The notes beneath the pieces are model-generated. The model worked only from the letters and a program-made list of their open reading frames with translations. It had not been told where the DNA came from and made no database searches. The translations under genes were made by a program, and so were the position numbers. Of a stretch of DNA of 64,000 nt, positions 17,789 to 26,445 are shown in pieces (position 1 is the stretch's first letter; each line of letters begins with the position of its first letter). The stretch spans positions 1,411 to 65,410 of the forward strand of contig CAYLOQ010000001.1 of assembly GCA_964385425.1 (NCBI GenBank), written 5' to 3'. This DNA is from Candidatus Woesearchaeota archaeon (GTDB taxonomy: Archaea; Nanobdellota; Nanobdellia; Pacearchaeales; GW2011-AR1).

Positions 17789-18419
17789 GAAATTTTTCTA
17801 GTTCATATATGTTTCTCAGTTGATAATCAGCTTCATCCGACGTAGCATTCACAATAGCTGTTTTTATTCCAAGAGATTTTGCAGGAATGATGTCCACTTT
17901 TTCTCTATCACCCACGAACATCATAGAATCAAAAGAAACGTTGTGGTTGGACGCAACATATTCGAAAGCAGACCCATCATTTCTGAGATACGGAGAATCT
18001 CTGTAAAGAAAGGGTGAAAACAAAGAAGATTCAATTCCCAAAGCAGATAATTTTTTACTTGCTGTATTTTTTGAACTTGAAGTTATTAAGAAAAGTTTGT
18101 ATCTTTGAGAAAGCCTATCAAACATTCCAACTAATTTTTCATCTCTCTCTAAAGATGGAGAAACATCTGCCTCTTCGAGAGAGGTTTGAACTATCTCCAC
18201 CCCTTTGGATGAACCAATCCCCATTAATGTGAGAGAACCACTGGCGCTTTGCGTTCTCTCATAGTGATCCCTAAAAATTTCTCTTATCTCTTCATAAGGT
18301 CTATCTAAAAAGGTACTGGCTTGTCCACAAATATGGTCTTGAATTGCTTCGTTTGTTTTTGCACCATCATAAAGGGTATTATCCAAATCAAATCCCAGAG
18401 AAACAATTTCTAAACTCAT
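17766..18419 (-). CDS. HAD-superfamily hydrolase (phosphatase)
   Basis: Motif I DLDNTLYDG near the N-terminus and later HAD motifs (FLITSS..., GD.E.D). It is the last gene of a four-gene minus-strand operon. Confidence 0.7.
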   Translation of the reverse strand: MSLEIVSLGFDLDNTLYDGAKTNEAIQDHICGQASTFLDRPYEEIREIFRDHYERTQSASGSLTLMGIGSSKGVEIVQTSLEEADVSPSLERDEKLVGMFDRLSQRYKLFLITSSSKNTASKKLSALGIESSLFSPFLYRDSPYLRNDGSAFEYVASNHNVSFDSMMFVGDREKVDIIPAKSLGIKTAIVNATSDEADYQLRNIYELEKFLNLSSQS

Positions 18420-19051
18420 AAAAAAGCCCCCCTTATTATATCACTACAATGTAAAAAAACTTCCTCCAAGGTAAGATCAGATGTATCAAGAGTCTCCATT
18501 TGTAAATTAGGAAAAAGACTTTGAAGAGAGCCGTAATATTTTGATAATAAATCAATCCTATCTGCCTCTTCATTTCTACTGGTTGTCTCCATTGTTACAT
18601 CACTTCTACGATGGACTCTTGATGAGCCAACATCACCTCTTACGGTTAAAACTAATGTCAAATCAGGAAAAGGTATTCTTGAATTAAGTAACCTAATGGT
18701 TTCGGGATTAACCCCCCCAAGTAAGCCCTGATAAACAAAAGTATCAAACAAACCCCTGTCTGATAAAAAATATAAATCTTGTTCATTAATTCTTGGAAAA
18801 ACACTTTCACAATAAGTCATCAACCGATCCAGACTAAAAATGTATGCTTCTGTAAGGGGGTCTTTATCTCCTCTTAACAGATATGATTTGCTCAGATCTC
18901 TTAAAGGTCCGGGCTCTATTATTCTTTTAACCTTAAATCCAGAATCAACTAACCAATTTGTCAACAGACCTTGCAATTGTGATTTTCCAGACCCTGAAGG
19001 ACCAACAATCTGAATTATTTTAGCCATTTGAAGTCCCCCTGGGAGCTCCAC
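18416..19051 (-). CDS. Thymidylate-kinase-like P-loop dNMP kinase
   Basis: P-loop GPSGSGKS, and a DR(Y/F) motif LSDRGLFDTFVYQG like Tmk DRY..S..AYQ. The start is probably MAKIIQIVG near 19027. Confidence 0.6.
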   Translation of the reverse strand: MELPGGLQMAKIIQIVGPSGSGKSQLQGLLTNWLVDSGFKVKRIIEPGPLRDLSKSYLLRGDKDPLTEAYIFSLDRLMTYCESVFPRINEQDLYFLSDRGLFDTFVYQGLLGGVNPETIRLLNSRIPFPDLTLVLTVRGDVGSSRVHRRSDVTMETTSRNEEADRIDLLSKYYGSLQSLFPNLQMETLDTSDLTLEEVFLHCSDIIRGAFL

Positions 19052-19676
19052 AACCTAATACTCCAAAATCTCTATATAATCTATAACAATTTTCTCTAGA
19101 ATAAAATTTTTTGTCTCTTTTATCAGACGGAACATCGTCAACAACAGAAACCTCGTCCCAAGAATTTGGATGTGCATAAAAAGGATATCTTTCATCAGCA
19201 CCACTAATAAATAAAGCATTAAATTCTAAACCCTCTTCTCTTGCCATAAAAACCCTGTGCGCTCCATCATTAATTACCGGAATTTGGATTTCTGTGGGGT
19301 CTTCATACCTTATTTCCCCTTCTTGAGGGATGTATTGAATAGTTCGGCGAGTAACTTCAATTATGGGGGGTGTTAAAGTCCATATCTCTCCAAGATCGTT
19401 TTTTATTTCTAAAGCACCCTCTAACATTAAAGAATCTAAACCAAATGATTTAATAAGAAGTCGTCTCAGCAGCCTCTGTCTTTCAAGACCTTCTTTTAAA
19501 ACATAGAATGTTGTCGGATTAACTTCTTGATAACCAGATCTTCTTAAACCAACCTCTGCATTTTGGTAAACAAAAATTTGCTCTCCGGATTCTCCTTTTT
19601 GTGATAAAGGAACTGAACGAACCATACTTGCCAATTCACTAAAAGGTATCTCTCTTAGCACCTCTATTTTTTCCAT
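19020..19676 (-). CDS. ParB/Srx-like (ParB N-terminal domain) protein
   Basis: INDGAHRVFMAREEG matches the ParB/sulfiredoxin (I/V)xDGxHRxxAA signature. Confidence 0.45.
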   Translation of the reverse strand: MEKIEVLREIPFSELASMVRSVPLSQKGESGEQIFVYQNAEVGLRRSGYQEVNPTTFYVLKEGLERQRLLRRLLIKSFGLDSLMLEGALEIKNDLGEIWTLTPPIIEVTRRTIQYIPQEGEIRYEDPTEIQIPVINDGAHRVFMAREEGLEFNALFISGADERYPFYAHPNSWDEVSVVDDVPSDKRDKKFYSRENCYRLYRDFGVLGCGAPRGTSNG

Positions 19677-19727
19677 CTAACATATTTGTTCTTAATTTTT
19701 TTAAAATATTGTATTCTCCAAGATATA

Positions 19728-21482
19728 TTATTCTTCACCACCTTCGGAATCAAACCAGCCATAGCCTCTTTTCCAAAGCTCTGCAGGATATTCAGATTCA
19801 TCGACCCTCAAAAATTCTCCTGTAATAGGCATTAAATCCCTGGCTTTTGCTACAAGTTCCCTAGCCATTCCAACATAAGAAAAGTTACCTTTAGAAATAT
19901 CCCCTCTTATTTTTCCCACATACCCTATTTGATTAGGTTGCCAAGAATAAAGAGACCTACAATTAGCTCCAAAAGGAACAAGTTTTTCCGCAACGTGAGG
20001 ACTTTGTTCTCTTGCACTTTCATAAAAAGTTGCTGCTTCTCCCATATCTGATCTATATTGTTCGTCAAATCCAAATACTTCAAAAATTTCAGGGGTTTCA
20101 AATCCAAGTCTCGTAGTTAAAAGTTGATTTGACCTAGGACCTCTTCTATGTCTAAAAATATCTCTATACCCATGATATGCCATAACTAACTCAACCATTA
20201 ATCCTCCATGAGATATGGAAGGGTGTAAAACATCAAACCCTCCCCTATCTTTATGTACTCGCTCAAGAACATCTCTTACATCTCTCTCGGAAATTTCTTC
20301 CATCAGATCTACAATAGATGCATCTAAATGAGGGAATAAAGAAAGCGCTGCATTAAACCTGTCAGTATACATTTCAATATCTCTCGGGGAAAGTAAATTA
20401 ACTACTCCTTCACTATGATTTCTAGGAACAACATGTCCAAATCTATCTTGAGCATATTCTCTAAACTCTCTATCGTTAGAAACTACCCAGTTATCCACCC
20501 TTACATGACTTTGATCTCCTAACAGTATGGGAGAAATCTTTTTTGCTTCCCCCCAAATTCTTTTCCCAACATCCTGATCCTCCAATCTTGGACTTGAAAT
20601 CAGCCCTGTAATAACTTCTTCCAATACTCTTGCGTCTATAGAGTATCCCATTGACGTCTTTGTTGAAGCTAACAAATAAACTCTTGATGAATCTAAAACA
20701 AACTTTCCTATATCTCTTCTTATAGATCTTTCTTCGAGACCTTTCAAAACTCTCAAACGTTCTTTTTCAAAATCTGTTGGAGTGGGAATAAACCCTTCTG
20801 TAAATTCCATCCGCTCTTCAAGTCTCGTTTTAACCTCGGTTTCAACATTTTCTGGTCTGCTCAAAAAACTTGTTACTAAACCGGTGTATCTATGATCAAA
20901 AACCCTATCTGCCAAAGCTTCTGTAACTTCGACATATCTTTGACTCATATAGGACATGTAATCCACAAAATCTTCTGCTCCTTCAAGACTCAAAACATCT
21001 GGATCTGCAAGAGATAATTCCAGAGTATTTCCAAAAGAGATATATCTCGTAGATTTAACTTGTGGTCTGTTGAGGGGATGACCTGTAATTTTCTTACCCG
21101 TTATATCTGAAATATTTTCGCAGTGACCAAATAAGGGTGTTTCTTCTTTAATTGAAGAATGACCATGTTTTAAGGGCCATTGTTTATTGAACATGGCTGT
21201 TTTAGTTGACATTTTCAAGGAACCATCAGGATTTCTAAAAATATCCATTAAACTAGGGATCATAGGTAGTATTGCCCTTGCTTGCTCTGTTTTATCTCTA
21301 TCAAGAAAAAGTAAAACTCTATCTTGGAAGGGCATATGCGTTTTAGAATAGGCTGACATCAAAGGGGAAAGTTCTTCTCCTGCAATTAGTGGTTGTGGAT
21401 AAATAAAACTTATATCCCCCCCCGGATTAGTAAATAAAAATTTCCTTAATGACTCCTCCTCTTCTGGAGAAAAATTTTCCAT
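19728..21482 (-). CDS. Large uncharacterised protein with ThyX-like sequence motifs (possible divergent or duplicated flavin-dependent thymidylate synthase-like enzyme)
   Basis: 584 aa. Contains FRHRRGPRS preceded by H-rich strands (LHPSISHGGLMVELVMAYHG), resembling the ThyX H...H...FRHR block. An SQRY motif lies earlier, but the spacing differs from the canonical RHRx7-8S. It heads an operon with ParB-like, Tmk-like and HAD genes. Confidence 0.35.
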   Translation of the reverse strand: MENFSPEEEESLRKFLFTNPGGDISFIYPQPLIAGEELSPLMSAYSKTHMPFQDRVLLFLDRDKTEQARAILPMIPSLMDIFRNPDGSLKMSTKTAMFNKQWPLKHGHSSIKEETPLFGHCENISDITGKKITGHPLNRPQVKSTRYISFGNTLELSLADPDVLSLEGAEDFVDYMSYMSQRYVEVTEALADRVFDHRYTGLVTSFLSRPENVETEVKTRLEERMEFTEGFIPTPTDFEKERLRVLKGLEERSIRRDIGKFVLDSSRVYLLASTKTSMGYSIDARVLEEVITGLISSPRLEDQDVGKRIWGEAKKISPILLGDQSHVRVDNWVVSNDREFREYAQDRFGHVVPRNHSEGVVNLLSPRDIEMYTDRFNAALSLFPHLDASIVDLMEEISERDVRDVLERVHKDRGGFDVLHPSISHGGLMVELVMAYHGYRDIFRHRRGPRSNQLLTTRLGFETPEIFEVFGFDEQYRSDMGEAATFYESAREQSPHVAEKLVPFGANCRSLYSWQPNQIGYVGKIRGDISKGNFSYVGMARELVAKARDLMPITGEFLRVDESEYPAELWKRGYGWFDSEGGEE

Positions 21483-21625
21483 TTGATTTAAAGAGAAAAT
21501 TTATATTTAAACAAATGTATTCCTTAGGGTACACTTCAAAAAAGCTCTGCATCCGGTTAAATTTAAATAATTCTCTTTTTCACCTAAAGGAAAGTTTGAT
21601 AAAGAAAACCTTGGTTGTCTTTATA

Positions 21626-21707
21626 GCCCGTATCGCATAGTGGTTATTGCACAAGACTGGAACTCTTGGCCCTTCGGGGCTCCCAGGTTCAATTCCTGGT
21701 GCGGGCG
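21626..21707 (+). tRNA. tRNA-Ser (anticodon GGA), type II with a long variable arm
   Basis: GCCCGUA acceptor, anticodon stem CAAGA/UCUUG with loop CUGGAAC, 14-nt variable arm, T-arm CCAGG-UUCAAUU-CCUGG, 3' UGCGGGC + G. Confidence 0.85.
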
Positions 21708-21770
21708 TGATGTTACTTCTAAGTTAAGACAAAAGGAAGGGTTTAAAAATCACTATCTAATTGAATTTGT

Positions 21771-22325
21771 ATGGATTATGAAGAGAGAAGACCAGACCAT
21801 AATAATGATCATGACACTACTTCAGTTAGTGACAGCTCTAGAGAAAAAGAATCTTCATTACTGAAAAAAGTAAAACATGTTGGTGCGACCGTAAAAGATA
21901 TTGCTGCAAGCACAACCGCAGGATGGGTTGCTTACACACCAATTATGGCTCCGATTGAATATTTCTGGGCCGGTATGGATGGGGGAGAAGTGCTAAAAAC
22001 TAGAGCCATGGCTGGCTTCGGACACTTAATTGGTTTGCCCCTATATCAAAAATCAAGAGAATATTTTGGAAGAAAGTTTAATGTAACAGAGGATAGTAGC
22101 AAATTGAAAAAAAGAGCGCTTAATGCTCTTGCATTTGTACCTGTTCATCCCCCAACTTATGCTTTGTTCTTAGCCCTTTCAGGAGCCTCGTTAGAAGAAA
22201 TGAAATACGCACTTCCGGCAGGCCTAGCAGTAGTAATGGTAACATCCCCCATATTCACACCCTTCATGGAATTTTGGAGAACAAAAGTATTTAAGGAAAA
22301 ACCGACCCTTAAGAAAAAGTGTTAA
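21771..22325 (+). CDS. Hypothetical protein, paralog of 8391-8906
   Basis: See 8391-8906. It lies immediately downstream of tRNA-Ser. Confidence 0.45.
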   Translation: MDYEERRPDHNNDHDTTSVSDSSREKESSLLKKVKHVGATVKDIAASTTAGWVAYTPIMAPIEYFWAGMDGGEVLKTRAMAGFGHLIGLPLYQKSREYFGRKFNVTEDSSKLKKRALNALAFVPVHPPTYALFLALSGASLEEMKYALPAGLAVVMVTSPIFTPFMEFWRTKVFKEKPTLKKKC

Positions 22326-22420
22326 CCCCCTAACTGAGACACTTTTATGCCTCTCTTGGCGCGGGCGTTTTTTATCTTTTACTACAACAATATTTAAAAA
22401 GGAGTTATCGTCTTAATTTT

Positions 22421-23110
22421 ATGGAAGGATCAATGCTTTCTACAATTGTAAGAGGATATTTAGAACAATTAGACGGCTTAGAACAGCCCCCAGAAGCATT
22501 TTATTCTAGATTAAATAATGGTGAGCCAGAAGCAGTCGGAAAAATTGTTGACAGTTTAAAGAGTTATATATCTGAACAGGTTGGAGAAGGAAATTATCTG
22601 GTTGCAGGTGTTGGAGGAATTTTTAGGCTTCCACATCCAGGAATGGCTCAGGATATTGACCTCGCTGTTGTTGGGTTAAATTATACTAGTAAACCAGCTT
22701 CACAAAGAACCCATGATTTTGATCACGTTACAGCATTCACACGTACTGTTCAAGAATATTTTGAAAGATTACATCAAAAATTAGTTTCTGAGTTTGGATT
22801 AAACAGCCAAGAGGCAGGTTTTGATAGGAGGGGAAGTGGATCTTTTGCGCACTGGGATAAGAAGTATTCTTTAGGTACAAAGGAAGAAGAACCCCTAATA
22901 ACAACTTTAGAATCTGATTTGGAAAGTTTTGGTTGGTGGAATTCAAAAGGACTAAGGGTTTGTTTTCCAGCCATCAGACCAATAGATGTGCAATTTGTTT
23001 TCAATCAAAATCCTGAAGAATGGATACAGAATCAAAGAACATTAAAAGAAGAACCAAGTAAAACAAGAAGAAAGATTTCTGAGTATTTTCCTTATGCGAT
23101 ACTGTCATAA
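22421..23110 (+). CDS. Putative minimal nucleotidyltransferase (Pol-beta superfamily)-like protein
   Basis: AGVGGIFRLPHPGMAQDIDLAV fits hG[GS]x9-13DhDh. Confidence 0.35.
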   Translation: MEGSMLSTIVRGYLEQLDGLEQPPEAFYSRLNNGEPEAVGKIVDSLKSYISEQVGEGNYLVAGVGGIFRLPHPGMAQDIDLAVVGLNYTSKPASQRTHDFDHVTAFTRTVQEYFERLHQKLVSEFGLNSQEAGFDRRGSGSFAHWDKKYSLGTKEEEPLITTLESDLESFGWWNSKGLRVCFPAIRPIDVQFVFNQNPEEWIQNQRTLKEEPSKTRRKISEYFPYAILS

Positions 23111-23179
23111 TCGGTCATTCTTGTCCGTAAGGTCTATGAGAGTCAAAAACTTTAAATAACACCCATTCATAACCAAAAC

Positions 23180-23509
23180 ATGGAAAAAGACATTGGAAAA
23201 ATAAAAAAAGGTGAATATCAGGGAGCAGTTACCGATGTTGTTATAGGAATCAGAGAATACAATGGAAGAGTTGGTGTTGATATAAGAGAATTCGTGACAA
23301 GTGAGAGATACACCGGACCCACAAAAAAGGGATTGAGAATTCCTGCAGAAAGTTTTCCAGAATTCAAAGAAATGATAAATTCTATAACAGATGAAGATTT
23401 AAAAGAAGGGGAGAAGCCAGAAGAACCTGAAAGTTCAGAAGAAACCCCTAAAGGACAAAAGACCCTTGGAACAGAAAAAGAAGAATCAAGTGAAATGCCT
23501 GATTATTAG
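23180..23509 (+). CDS. Small acidic hypothetical protein
   Basis: 109 aa with an E/K-rich C-terminus. Confidence 0.35.
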   Translation: MEKDIGKIKKGEYQGAVTDVVIGIREYNGRVGVDIREFVTSERYTGPTKKGLRIPAESFPEFKEMINSITDEDLKEGEKPEEPESSEETPKGQKTLGTEKEESSEMPDY

Positions 23510-23548
23510 AACAATAATCTTTAAAAACTATCTTTCTACATTTGTTCT

Positions 23549-23971
23549 ATGTTAAGAGATACTTTAATGAAATATAGGGGACCGTTATTGGTAGCAGGTA
23601 TCGGTGCCTTAGGAGTTGGGGGAAGCTTTACAAACATGATACAAAATTTAGGATATAGTCCACCTCCAGTAGTAGAAGAGATAGATCAAACTAGGAAAGA
23701 AGTTTCTGACATAAACGCCTACCTAGATTCACACCCAAAACCAGGCTCAGAAACATATCTTGATGCTCAAACAACGAGAGATTCTCTTGAAGGAAGGAGG
23801 GACAAACTGGAAAACACCGTCGAAGCGGTAAATGCTATAAGTGAAAGAGAAAGAAGGGAAGAGACGAGAAATAATTCTTCTATCCTTTACATAGTGTCTG
23901 CTATTCCTTTTGCACTTGGTATTGCATGGGGATTTCTGAAAAAAAAGAACCTGGGATTTCCCCGACTCTAA
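23549..23971 (+). CDS. Membrane protein with two TM segments, unknown function
   Basis: N-terminal and C-terminal hydrophobic segments flank a charged coiled region. Confidence 0.4.
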   Translation: MLRDTLMKYRGPLLVAGIGALGVGGSFTNMIQNLGYSPPPVVEEIDQTRKEVSDINAYLDSHPKPGSETYLDAQTTRDSLEGRRDKLENTVEAVNAISERERREETRNNSSILYIVSAIPFALGIAWGFLKKKNLGFPRL

Positions 23972-24575
23972 ATTCCCCGTAGCTATTTAAGTAAAGCCTG
24001 ATTATTAAGCTTTCTTCATAATTTTATGGTAGTACAAAAGCCTTAAAAACTCTAAAAACAGGATAATATCCTAGTTAAGAGGGGGGCGGAACAATTGGTT
24101 AAAGTTGATCTTCGGGTTTGCTTTGCCAGCTTCGGTCGCTCTTTCCCTTGACTTTTTCTCTATATTTTAAAATTTAAAAAAGAGCCTACTTATTAGATCC
24201 ATTTGACTCTGTAATGATTCTGGTACTCTTAAACTTAAATCCATTCCAGTCTCCTCTTCAAACTGATCTGCAATCTCTCTATTTCTATCTGAGGAACGAG
24301 AAGTAACACTCAATATAACGTTATATCCTAAAGGTGATAGTCTTCTCTCTTTTTGTTGTGAAACCATTAGCAAATAAGAATCTGGATTTTCCCCTAAAAA
24401 AGCATACTTAACCGTATTCCCTAGGCCAAAAGTCACCTCTAAGAGATCTTCACTAGATTTCTCGACGGCATCAGCCAGGGGATTTTCATATACCCCCCAC
24501 CTTTACCAAAGTTTCAGGAACCCTCTGAATCACCATGTTTTCCAATAAACTCCCTATCTCAAACTTTAAAAATGA

Positions 24576-26336
24576 ATGTATTCTCAAAAATATACTATGA
24601 AACCAAGAATAAGACAGCCAATAGTGACTGTTGTAGGGCATGTGGATCATGGGAAAACAAGTATCCTTGATCGTCTTAGAGATAGCTGTATTCAGGACGG
24701 CGAGGCTGGAGGAATAACTCAAAAAATATCTTTCACGCTTTATCCAATGGACCAACTGAAATCAGCCTGTCATCTGATAGATAAGTCTGGAATAAAACTC
24801 AGTATTCCCGGATTTTTGCTTATCGATACACCAGGACACGCAGCATTTTCTAATCTCAGAAAAAGGGGAGGAAGCTTGGCGGATCTTGCTGTTCTTGTAA
24901 TAGACATAAACGAAGGAATAAAACCACAGACAGCAGAAGTCATCCAGATCCTAAAGATGAACAAAACACCATTCATAATCGCCCTGAACAAAATAGACAA
25001 TATTTCTGGGTGGAGGAAATTAGACGAAGATCTAAAAAAAAGCATTGAATCCCAGGCACAGAACATAAAACAGATTTTTGATGAAAAATATCTAACACTA
25101 ATCGGATCCTTACATAGTTATGAATTTGATGCAGACCTTTATTACAACATAAAAGATTTTACAAAAAAGATAGCTCTCGTGCCTTGCTCTGCAAGAACAG
25201 GAGAAGGGATCCCGGAGTTAATCATGATGTTGTGTGGAATGAGTAAGAAATATTTAGAAAACAAACTCACGTTGGGACAAGAGGCCAGAGGAGTTGTCCT
25301 AGAAATAAAAAAGGAGAGAGATTGTTATTACATCGAGGCAATTTTATACGATGGTGAACTAGGAAAAAAAGACGAAATAGCTATTGCAAATTTGGAAAAA
25401 GGGCCAACAGTAACTAAAATAAGAGTCTTGGAAGAAGTGCAAGCTTTGTGTGATCGATTTGCCCCTGTAGAAAAAGTTCAGGCATCTACAGGAATAAGGA
25501 TGCAGATTGTTGAAAAAGCCGAAATTCTTCCAGGGATGCCTTTTGTAGCTTATAAAGGAGACAAGGAAAAGATAGAAAATAATTTCAAGAAAGACCTATC
25601 TAAAACTATCGAAACAGAAAAACAAGGAATCATTGTTAAGGCAGATTCTCTAGGAAGCCTTGAAGCTCTTTTAGTAATACTAAAAGAAAACAAAATTCCT
25701 GTAGTAAAAGCAGGTATAGGAAAGATAAACAAATCTGATATAACTTATGCGAAAGCAAACCTAAAAATAAACGAGTTGGACGCTTTAGTTGTTGGATTTA
25801 ACACTGATCTAGATGAAGAAGCAAAAGAGATTAAAGGAAACGTTGGTGTTTTTATGGACGATGTTATTTACAAACTAGTTGAAGAGCTGGTAGAATTTAG
25901 AAAAAACAAAGAGAGAGAGATTGAGAAAAATAGGATGATGGGGCTAACAACTCTGGGAAAAATAAAGGTTCTTCATAAGTATGTTTTCAGAAACACGAGT
26001 CCTGCAATCTTCGGAGTCAGGGTAGAGGCAGGAAAAATAATTCCAGGACTTAATCTCATAGATGAAAAAGGGGAGAAAGTCGGAAGAATAAAAAACATGC
26101 AAGCAGAGAATAAATCTGTAGAAGAAGCTGGGGAAGGAAAAGAACTTGCAATTTCTGTTCCAGGAATTAATTTTGATAGGAGGATGAAAAATGTGGAATT
26201 TATGTACCCTAATATTACAGAGGCCCAGTTTCGTAATTTCAAGAAAAACAAAGATCTGCTTTCTCAGAGAGAAATTTCTCTTCTCCAGGAAATCGCAGGA
26301 ATCAAGCGGCAGGGAAAAGCAGAATGGGGAAGTTAA
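24576..26336 (+). CDS. infB: Translation initiation factor aIF5B (IF2 homolog)
   Basis: IVTVVGHVDHGKTSILD G1, DTPGH G3, NKID G4 and the aIF5B domain order. About 586 aa. Confidence 0.9.
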   Translation: MYSQKYTMKPRIRQPIVTVVGHVDHGKTSILDRLRDSCIQDGEAGGITQKISFTLYPMDQLKSACHLIDKSGIKLSIPGFLLIDTPGHAAFSNLRKRGGSLADLAVLVIDINEGIKPQTAEVIQILKMNKTPFIIALNKIDNISGWRKLDEDLKKSIESQAQNIKQIFDEKYLTLIGSLHSYEFDADLYYNIKDFTKKIALVPCSARTGEGIPELIMMLCGMSKKYLENKLTLGQEARGVVLEIKKERDCYYIEAILYDGELGKKDEIAIANLEKGPTVTKIRVLEEVQALCDRFAPVEKVQASTGIRMQIVEKAEILPGMPFVAYKGDKEKIENNFKKDLSKTIETEKQGIIVKADSLGSLEALLVILKENKIPVVKAGIGKINKSDITYAKANLKINELDALVVGFNTDLDEEAKEIKGNVGVFMDDVIYKLVEELVEFRKNKEREIEKNRMMGLTTLGKIKVLHKYVFRNTSPAIFGVRVEAGKIIPGLNLIDEKGEKVGRIKNMQAENKSVEEAGEGKELAISVPGINFDRRMKNVEFMYPNITEAQFRNFKKNKDLLSQREISLLQEIAGIKRQGKAEWGS

Positions 26337-26445
26337 TCTATTTCTATGCCTTCTAAACATCTAGACTATATAAACTTTTCTTCTCCGTTACTACCCCAAA
26401 GTAACATTTATAAATAAAAGGCCGGTAGTTAAATTAAAGTAAACA

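Noticed and set aside
19728-21482. Firm annotation of the 584-aa protein as ThyX
   Set aside because: The FRHR and SQRY strings are suggestive, but they are out of canonical order and spacing (ThyX has RHRx7-8S followed by SQRY), and the length is more than double. It is kept as an uncertain ThyX-like call only.
24000-24170. Possible structured ncRNA in a GC-rich intergenic stretch (two CTTCGG strings)
   Set aside because: The candidate UUCG-loop stems are not well paired and no known RNA family signature is recognisable. There is insufficient evidence without covariance models.
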